Positions 55,171 through 64,000 of a DNA stretch of 64,000 nucleotides are shown here, piece by piece (within the stretch, counting starts at the first letter, position 1; each line of letters begins with the position of its first letter). The stretch is from positions 45,632,001 to 45,696,000 of the forward strand of contig OX597834.1 of NCBI GenBank assembly GCA_951406725.2, in the 5' to 3' direction. Source of the stretch: Octopus vulgaris. Lineage: Eukaryota. The position numbers were made by a program, and so were the translations under genes. The notes below the pieces were generated by a model. That model was not told where the DNA came from, did no database searches, and saw only the letters and a program-made list of their open reading frames with translations.

Positions 55171-55211
<41 letters not shown>

Positions 55212-55349
55212 TATACATACATATATATATATATACATGTATATATATACATATATATAGTCGTGTGTGTTTTGTGTATATATATATATATTTAGATAGA
55301 TAGAGATAGATAGAGAGATGTACGTATATGCATATGTGTATATGTTGCT

Positions 55350-55690
55350 ATATATAAAGGTTAATGTGTTATTGTCAATTGCTGACCTGTTAAACAGTTT
55401 AAAATAATTTAATGTATATTTAATGAAAAGAAAAAGAAGCATACAATATTATACAATAGATTCTATGATGAGTTTTGATTTTATATATAATGTAAAACAA
55501 ATGAATGCTTTATAATTTTATTGGCAAATGATCAAAGCATTTCTAAAGCGCTTTAAAACTCTGTGTTCTCTCCAGCCTCCAATCATATTTTATTGCTTAC
55601 AGAACAGGATACAGTAGCAACACGGATATTATGTTTCTTTTCAATATTTATTGCTTTTAACTTGAAATTTGCATCATATTTCCACCTCTT
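55350..55690 (-). mobile_element. pogo-type transposon remnant with Brinker-like DNA-binding-domain fragment
   Basis: YDANFKLKAINIEKKHNIRVAT...MIGGWRE resembles Y...FKL.V...A....NR.A...F.V....I..WR; homologous to 61395-61730. Confidence 0.55.
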
Positions 55691-56229
55691 AGTTAGTGGA
55701 GATATGATGCGATCTTGAGATAGCTGCATTGTAATAATGTTACTCGGGGGAATAAGAGAATATTAGTAACGAATTGAATAACAGCAACTCGCTGGTATAA
55801 TCGTCATTGGCAACAAGGCTTTCTGCGCCTTTCACGTTTGCCAAACGTCTGTCTTCTCGTTCGCATGCGAAACTATCATATATCAAAAATAACGGATTAA
55901 TATGCTAAATTATATAATAATACTTACAAATTACCGTTAATATTGTTATATGTTTTTCTGATTGCTATCAAATGAAAAGGACAACGGCTAATGGTTGTAT
56001 ATTGCAGATCCGTTAATCATTTGCAAGTTATAATATGATATATGCTATAGATTTTTCTCGTGAATATGCAATATATTGTTCTCATGTTTACATGTAGCAA
56101 AAGTACATTTATTGCATTAAGCGTATCTACAAGTATTAGATTTGTGTGGGTATGTGTTGCGAAGATGCTCTCTTTGTAACCTGAGGGTCTGAGATCAATC
56201 CTACTGTCAGTCACCTTAAATTGGCATTT

Positions 56230-56838
56230 TCGTAGGTAGCAGGAGTCACTTACTCCGTCAGAAGTTCGTTTCATTCATGGTGTGGGCTGAAGTGGAATCT
56301 GATGGGTCCAAGTCTCCCTTCATCTTCATAGATGCTGGGCGTCAATGTCAAGAGTGATGTTTAGTGGTAATGGTAGATGGGAAAATGTTACCCCGAGTCA
56401 CAGAAATCTTTGGTGAGTGTTATATCTTCGCTCTAGACAGGGCTCTGGCTCACACATCGAATTTGACACGGAGGGGTGCAAAGAGCATTTCGGTGGTTTG
56501 GGGACAAGGCGATATGGCCTGCCTCAAGTCCAGACATCAATGTCATAGACTTTGCTATCTGGTCTATCTCCGAAAGTAATGATTCTGCTCGACCCTATTC
56601 AAATGATCTGAACAAAACCCTTCTGTCTTCATGTGTCAGTTTTAATGAAGAGTTGGTACGGAGCTCATGCAACTCAGTGACTACTCGTCTGCAGGCCATT
56701 GCCAAAGGGAAATATAATTACTGCAATAGATTGACAATTTACATAATAATGCATGTGCCTAATTCCATTATACTCCCTTAATTTTGTTTTGAATGATTAC
56801 GAAATACGAATGGCTAAATCTTTCTTGGACAACCTGTA
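56230..56838 (+). mobile_element. maT/Tc1-like transposase 3' remnant
   Basis: MVWAEV.SDG.KSPFIFI, YIFALDRALAHTS, WPASSPDINVIDFAIWS; terminal ...ttggacaacctgta. Confidence 0.85.
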
Positions 56839-56839
56839 C

Positions 56840-57550
56840 ATACAAAAGTGGACTGGCATATAGTACAGACAAGTTTATGACATCTCACTTTGAAGGCTAC
56901 ACACTTGCAACCCAAGAACAAAAGATTTCCAGTAAATGTCTACAGCATAAAAGGTCGAAAATGTTGACAGACAATAAATGTCGGCTTTGCAAAACCAGGA
57001 ATGAAAATGTCAACCACATTATCGTTAGTCGTGAGAAAATGGTTGCAAATATCATCTTCCCTTGCGACAAAATGCGGCGGCTAGAAGATTCTGAAACAGG
57101 ATAACAAACATGGAAACATCTGCAACGAAGATGAGCATATTGAGACCGATGGATTAATGGAGTGTTGTTTGAACTTAGAAATTAAAATATTCACCAAGAA
57201 AAAAACGGCGAGATATCATTGTGTGAGACCAGAAAAGTAAAATAGATTCTGTTGTGGAAATCAGTTCATCTCTGGACACGAATTGGAAAATACACGAGAG
57301 AAATAGAAGAGAGAGAGAACATGTATGCACCAGTAACAAGGAGTTTGCAAATCCATTACCAAGACACACTTTCAGCTTCAAACCTGTTATTGTTGGAGCA
57401 ACGGTGAATATAGCAACCGGTCTGGAACAAAGTGTGGTTAAGCTTGTGATCTTGGAAAGCAAATGCAAATCCTTAATTCATAGGCTGCAAATGATCGACA
57501 TATCTGGGACTAGAAATATCTGCATGAACTTCTGAATTTCTAAATGATGA
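56840..57550 (+). mobile_element. R4/Dong-like LINE C-terminal remnant (zinc knuckle + RLE)
   Basis: EGYTLATQEQKI..DNKCRLCKTRNENVNHII..RRDIIV*D..VEIS..FKPVIVGA..SGTRNIC. Confidence 0.75.
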
Positions 57551-57634
57551 TGGCTACCCAAAAATACTTCCCTTCACATCATCGCTATCAAGTAGCAGAT
57601 GGCCGGTCAAAATTTAAGAGAGACAGAGGACATG

Positions 57635-58197
57635 TTGGGTTGTCCGGAAAGTTCGTGCAGTTTTTTAAAGGAAAGAAAAAGGTCAATAAATACTTGCCAT
57701 TACATTTTTAATCCGCCAAATATGAACCATTTTGTTGCACGATGTGTCTCCATCTTTCCTTTAACTTGAAAATACTCTGTTCCCAGAATTGAGGAAGTTT
57801 CATGGCAATGAATTCAAGGTATCTTTTTACTTCATCCAAGGAATTGAAATTTTTACCATTAAGACTATTCTGCAGAGACCTGAATAAGTGGAAATCCGAA
57901 GGAGCAGTATCTGGTGAATATGGAGGGTGGGGTGACACATTTCAGCCGAATTGCAGCAATTTTTGTCTGGTTCCCAAAGCATCAAGTGCCGAAAGTGAAC
58001 TTTCTTATCTTCCATTTTAAAGGGTTACAGAATATACAGAGGTTATAGGAACATAAACCTTCTTCCACGAAAAGATAGCTTAAACTGTGCTCTAAATGGA
58101 AATGTGGTCAAATCCTATTTTATGGACTCAACCATGTTCTAAAATAAGTCAAAAGGTAACCTACTATAAATCGGCATGAACATTCCGGACAACCCAA
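57635..58197 (-). mobile_element. Internally deleted mariner (about 560 bp) with both TIRs
   Basis: TIRs ttgggttgtccggaa; N-terminal MEDKKVHFRHLML joined to HPPYSPDTAPSDFHLFRSLQNSLNGK...ERWRHIVQQNGSY. Confidence 0.92.
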
Positions 58198-58424
58198 TAC
58201 ATACATACGTACATACATACATACATACATACATACATACATACATACATACATACATACATACATACATACATACATACATACATACATACATACATAC
58301 ATACATACATACATACATACATACATACATACATACATACATACATACATACATACATACATACATACATACATACATACATACATACATACATACATAC
58401 ATACATACATACATACATACATAC
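58198..58424. repeat. (TACA)n microsatellite
   Basis: Direct inspection. Confidence 0.97.
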
Positions 58425-58634
58425 GTCTGGACTAATTTTATGTCTGATGACTGTGGTTTTCGTTCCAATATTAGTATGAGTCATCATTTAACAGAATATT
58501 AATTGATTCATTAGAATTTAGTGAAATGCTTACTGTATATATTTCAATAAATTCTATACGATATGTTCTTTAATGAGCTTCCACACGATACATTCATATA
58601 TGTGTGTGTAAATATATGTAAATATATGTATATA

Positions 58635-58672
<38 letters not shown>

Positions 58673-58707
58673 TACATATATATATACATACATATATATA
58701 TATATAT

Positions 58708-59039
58708 AGGGTAAAGACCCCCTTCGGTCACGAATGACCATGGGATTGCACCTAGAAAGTTACCCTCCTAGACACAAGTCCGGGCAAGGTTGTTTATGGA
58801 AGACCAGCAGTCGCCCATGCATACCAGCCTCCCCTCTCCACGCCACCAGTGTTATCCAAGGGAAAGACAAAGGTCGATACAGCTTGGCACCAGTGACTCA
58901 TTTCTACAGCTGAGTGAACTGGAGCAACGTGAAATAAAGTGCCTTGCTCAAGAACACAACACGCAGCCCGGTCCGGGATTCGAGCTCACAACCTCACGAT
59001 CGTTAGCTCGACGCTCTAACCACTGAGCCATGCGCCTTC
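58708..59039 (-). mobile_element. tRNA-derived SINE family E
   Basis: Head ggcgcatggctcagtggttagagcg..gagctcgaatccc; core ttgtgttcttgagcaaggcacttt. Confidence 0.85.
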
Positions 59040-59041
59040 TA

Positions 59042-59091
<50 letters not shown>

Positions 59092-59195
59092 TATATACAT
59101 ACATACACATATATATATGTATATATATATATATATATATAACTATTGGTGAATTGAAGAAATGGAGCTGAACGCAGATTGAACAGAAATCGTTT

Positions 59196-59287
59196 TATTT
59201 CATTCTACACGTGTTTCGAAAGGCACAAATTCAAAATCCGATTGAATAATGGGACCATATTGTGTCTTTCTCTTCAGGAAGAAAATA
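59196..59287 (-). ncRNA. Hammerhead ribozyme (type I, minimal stem III), minus-strand copy
   Basis: Reverse complement of the motif at 59461-59554 with the core intact. Confidence 0.75.
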
Positions 59288-59460
59288 GGAAATCCGTTGG
59301 AAAAACAAAAACAGAACAGAGGCGGAGCAAAAACAAATCGAACTATGCTCCTAAGAGCCCATGGCGAAACCATGAGAGTTTCGCCATGGGCTCTTAGGAT
59401 CATAGTTCGATTTGTTTTTGCTCCGCCTCTGTTCTGTTTTTGTTTTTCCAACGGATTTCC

Positions 59461-59554
59461 TATTTTCTTCCTGAAGAGAAAGACACAATATGGTCCCATT
59501 ATTCAATCGGATTTTGGTAATTTGTGCCTTTCGAAACACGTGTAGAATGAAATA
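59461..59554 (+). ncRNA. Hammerhead ribozyme (type I, minimal stem III), plus-strand copy
   Basis: Stem I tattttcttc/gaatgaaata; core CUGAAGA (59471-77); stem II gaaagacacaa/ttgtgcctttc; GAAA (59533-36); stem III A-CACGUG-U; cleavage triplet GUA ending at 59544. Confidence 0.78.
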
Positions 59555-59819
59555 AAACGATTTCTGTTCAATCTGCGTTCAGCTCCATTTCTTCAATTCA
59601 CCAATAATGTTTTAATTTCAATTATCCGCACCAACGCACGGTTGCAACACCATATGGTTGTACCTCCAACCGTGCTGTTTACTGCTGTGATTTTTGCTAC
59701 TAAGGTATCGGTTAAACTTTTGATTAATCTACTACAAGATTATTCATCTTTCTATTTCACAAATTATATATATATATATATATATTGTGCGAGTGTGTGT
59801 GTGTATGCGTCTGCATTTT

Positions 59820-60400
59820 TTCGGGGTAAATTTGATGGTTGTCATAAAAGGAAATGAAAACAATATCCCATCCGTAATCAAGACGCATCAACTATATTAT
59901 GCCCAGCTAGGAGGTAACAGTTTACTCAAAGTAGCCGCCTTAAACTTCCAATATGATCTCAACACGGTTCTGAAATCTGACGCATATGTTCCTTCAGTGA
60001 GTCTCTGAGAATGTCTTCGAACAGCTCCTTGACCTTGGTCACCAGCTCGGCCGTTGTTGTCTTCCTTAATCGCAGCCCACACAATGATCCATGTAATTAA
60101 AATGGGGATGTTGTAAAAGGCCAAAAGATTGGGCTGTCGGAAATGTAGAGACAACCCGGCAACCACTTACTAATGTTTCAGTGAGTATTGATCAGTTGGA
60201 AATGAATAATCCTGTCACATATATGGCCTTACAACGCCCTCTAGCCAGTGTTTGGCCACAATCCCCAGCAGTCCACATAACTATCTAAATTGAGCCAAAG
60301 ACCATGATCATCTATTGTTAGACGAATCCAGACGTTCGGATGAAATCAGATCGCCGGTTGTGTCTCTGCCTGTTGACCACAGCTTAGTATTCTCCATTGC
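59820..60400 (-). mobile_element. Highly degraded Tc1/maT-like transposase fragment
   Basis: FWP..SP/FNYMDHCV(W) near 60075-60130 resembles WP..SPDLN.MD..VW. Confidence 0.4.
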
Positions 60401-61289
60401 AGCTGGCTATCACATCTTCAAATGTGTACAATACTCACAGACGGCTGAGCAGTCTTCATTTTGATACTGGGTAGGAATCATTATGATACATGCAACTCTT
60501 TTCCGATATTTGGATGTTCCATATCTCCATGAGAGGTAACATTTTCCCAACTACAACTTTAACACTTACGCTCTTCAAAGCCAACGACACATTCAGACGT
60601 TCCGCTTTCTGAACATCCTGTAGGTTTATAATTTCATTCGGGTGTTAACCATGCAGTTTAACTTATTAAACCCCTCCACGAATACAGGTGTTCATACAGT
60701 AATAGGGAGTTTGTTAGTCGTTCTTCTTATTTTCTATATCTATACACACACACATACACACACATACACACACATATGTATATACACTTAAACACGTATA
60801 CTATGCGCGCAAACACACACACACACACACACGTTTATATGTATTACCATCTGTTTTTATGTTCAGTACTAATAAAAACATCTTCGCATTAATCTAATCC
60901 GTTTCTCCAGACATTAGTAGAATACAAATTTACTATTCTTAAGGAAGAATATTATTGACAGTAACTTCAAAGTTTCGACCGAAAACTCGATGACTTATCT
61001 GGCCGAAATTTCGATATCGCATACAATAATATTCTTGTTCATAAATAATATATATGTATATATACTTTTATTCTTTTACTTGTTTCAGTCATTTGGATGC
61101 GGACGTGATGGAGTTCCGCTTTAAGTCGAACAAATCGACCCCAGAACTTATTCTTTGTAAGCCTAGTACTTATTCTATCGAACTCTCATGCCAAACTGCT
61201 AAGTTACGGGGACGTAAACACAGCAAAATTCGTTGTCAAGCGATGATGGGGTAACAAACACAGGCACATAGATATATACATATTTATAC

Positions 61290-61355
<66 letters not shown>

Positions 61356-61394
61356 TAATATTATTATATAACATACCAACACTCATATATACAC

Positions 61395-61730
61395 ATAACA
61401 GTTAATGTTTTATTGAAAGTTACTGACCCGTTAAATATTTTTAAATAATTTAATGTATATTTAATAAAACACGCACTATACATTCTATACGTTTTATGGT
61501 GACTTTATGTAAAATTTAAAAGGAATGAATGTTTTATAATTTTATTGGTAAATGATCAAAGAGTTTCAAAAACATTTTACAAGTTTACTTTCCCTCTCTT
61601 GCCAGTTTCCGATCAGTTTTTGTGCTTACACAATGATATATCAGACAACGACACAGTTATTATATTCCAAGTAAAACTTTACTATTTTCAACATGAAACA
61701 TTCAACATATTTACTTCTTTTAGTCATTGT
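61395..61730 (-). mobile_element. pogo-type remnant with Brinker-like domain fragment (second copy)
   Basis: KRSKYVECFMLKIVKFYLEYNNCV...QKLIGNWQE; DNA similarity to 55350-55690. Confidence 0.55.
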
Positions 61731-61961
61731 TGATTATTTTGTGCGCTCCTATCATTGTAATAGTGGTGCACGGTGGGGGGTGGGGGAGGGTTATTACGTT
61801 AGAATTTAACGCATTAACATTGTGGTTCTCAACCAGCAGCCATATTGCCACTGGTGGTCTACGTAAGATTTTTGGACGTCCATACAAGCGAAAGAATAAA
61901 TTTGGGTAAACGCCGTGGTATGTTAAATGTTCACGAAAAACAGATTGCTTTAGGTGTAGTC

Positions 61962-62124
61962 ATTCTTTTCTACTGTAGGCACAAAGCTCGAAATTAGATC
62001 GCCCCCAGTACGCAACTGGTACTTAATTCATCCACCTCGAAAGTATGAAAGGCAAAGTTGACCTCGGCAGAATTAGAACTCACAACGTAAAGACAGACGA
62101 AATACCCATTTCTTTACTAGCCAC
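61962..62124 (-). mobile_element. SINE family A partial dimer
   Basis: Core plus both tail types. Confidence 0.75.
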
Positions 62125-62294
62125 ATTTTGTATTTCGTGGATCTATCTCGCTAATATTGCTTTAATGTTATGCAAGTTGGTGACCCGTTTCAGGATATAG
62201 CTGCGTTATATACATATACGTACATATTATATATATATAATGTTGGGGGGACAAACAGAGACACACAAACATATGCATGCACACACACACACAC

Positions 62295-62367
<73 letters not shown>

Positions 62368-62379
62368 CATATATATATA

Positions 62380-62760
62380 GGCGCAGGCGTGGCTGTCTGT
62401 TAGGTAGAATGCTTACCTACCACATGGTTCCGGGTTCAGTATCACTGCATGGCATCTTGGGCAAGTGACTTCTACTATAGCTTCGAGCCGACCAAAGCCT
62501 TGTGTGTGGATTTGGTAGGCAGAAACTGAAAGAAGCCCATCGTATATATGTATATGTATATAGGTGTGTGTGTTTCTGTGTCTGCGTTTGTCCCCCCAAC
62601 ATGGCGGTGTGTTTACGTCCCTGTAACTTAGCGCTTCGGCATAAGAGACCGATAGAATAAGTACTACGCTTACAAAGAATAAGGTCTGGGGTCGATTTTC
62701 TCGACTAAAGGCTGTTCTCCAGCATAGCCGCAGTCAAATGACTGAAACAAATAAAAGAAT
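62380..62760 (+). mobile_element. SINE family C, complete
   Basis: ggcgcaggcgtggctgt..ggttccgggttcag head; ccaaagccttgtg.gtggatttggtag core; internal TA/TG tract; aataaaagaat tail. Confidence 0.9.
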
Positions 62761-63223
62761 ATATATATGAGTAGTGTGTGTGAGAGAGTGGGAGAGAGTT
62801 TGTGTACTTTGCAGAATTTTACTATCTGCATTGTGGCGTGTACAGAAGAGAATATATTTCTTTCTTTCGTGAACAGAAATCAAAAGAGAATGTTCGGATA
62901 CTTTTCATAGTTAACTAGCGGCTCTCCATTGGATGACTACTTGTACCTTCTTTGATTACGAAATCATAGCAATTACTATTTGAATCACACATGCACTAAT
63001 TCTTAGCTTAAATAGCTAGATTAATTTGCATATGGTGATTTCGTAAAGAGTGTGTTTGATTTCTTAATAAATATTTTTCTGCACGAGCAGTGTAAAGTAG
63101 AATATCTTGGATAAATTGAATTTTGTTAGACTACAGTAAACAACACCTACAGAAATTATTCAAATGTGAATGCATCGTGTTATTCCCCACGCCCACCCCA
63201 ATAGCTTTCTTCTTTCATTTAAA

Positions 63224-63490
63224 TAATAATAATAATAATGAAATTATTGTACACAGTTCTCAGGTGCACTACAACTTGTCAAAGTGCATATAAAGCATAT
63301 GCAGTAATGTACAAATGTCTGCAAAGTGAACAGTGTATGAGTCAGATAGATGCTTGCGTGTGTATGGAGGAGAGAAAATCAGGTGTATCGTTGGTGAATC
63401 TCAGGAAGCATGGAAGTTTTGAAGGATGCAGTGCTCCGACAACTAACACCTGATGCCGGCAGTTTGTTCCATGCTTCAGCAATTCTCGTA
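63224..63490 (-). mobile_element. CR1/L2-group LINE 3' end with (ATT)n tail
   Basis: RIAEAWNKLPASGVSCRSTASFK matches R....WN.LP..V....S...FK; followed by UTR and tail. Confidence 0.75.
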
Positions 63491-64000
63491 TAATTCAATC
63501 GCAGTGATCAACTGTTTTAAATTGCTTACGCCGCATAGAAGAACCTAAATTCATTTAATATTATGTTAAAGACTTTTGCATTTGATACCAAGAATTCGTA
63601 AGCTTGGAATCTGTCACTTAACGTTGGATTGAAAATCTAAAGATCTCTGTTTCAATCTCAAACATCGACATTCTGTGGATGGTTTGGTTTCCTTACAGGC
63701 GCAAGCAAGTTTCTGTGGATAAGAAGTTTATTGTGCAACTACGCGGTACTGAGTTCAGCTCCACCGCACAGCACCATCGCAAAAGCCTTCTGAGTGAATT
63801 TAGTAGACAGAAACTGTGTGGAAGCCCATCGTGTATGTGTGTGTGTGTTTGTGTGAGTGAGTGCTTGCGTATGTGTTTCTGCTCTTATTTGTCCACTATA
63901 TCCGCTGCTTCACATTTGGTGTTGTATGTTTGCATCCGGAAAAAGAGCGATATACATACATACAAGCATACACACACACATATATATATATATAAATATA

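Larger units (their letters stand above)
59144..59606. repeat. Near-perfect 463-bp palindrome (inverted Penelope pseudo-LTR-like)
   Basis: Arms 59144-59370 and 59378-59606, 7-nt spacer catgaga; one substitution and one small indel seen between arms. Confidence 0.95.

Noticed and set aside
59200-59545. Mirror-image 98-99 aa ORFs on both strands
   Set aside because: Consequence of the palindrome; no domain similarity

Overview
AT-rich, microsatellite-saturated eukaryotic (animal) DNA with no recognisable host protein-coding exon. The repeat content suggests a cephalopod (Octopus-like) intergenic or intronic region; this is inference, not a database match. Almost all ORF-track entries are translations of (TA)n, (CA)n, (GATA)n, (TACA)n or (TAA)n tracts. 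The real content is transposon debris: at least four tRNA-derived SINE families (one modular/dimeric, one with an internal microsatellite), two near full-length mariner (DD34D) pseudogenes plus deletion derivatives and MITEs, maT/Tc1-like fragments, pogo-type Brinker-domain fragments, and LINE 3' ends (R4/Dong, Tx1/L1, RTE, CR1/L2). There is also Penelope-like (GIY-YIG) material. The most notable item is a near-perfect 463-bp palindrome (59144-59606) whose arms each carry an intact-looking hammerhead ribozyme on opposite strands. Other items of note are several degenerate minimal hammerheads in short elements sitting in (TA)n tracts, a head-to-head tRNA-like palindrome linked to hammerhead remnants next to a Penelope endonuclease fragment, and a 42-nt 3' tail shared between the main SINE and a Tx1/L1-like LINE.
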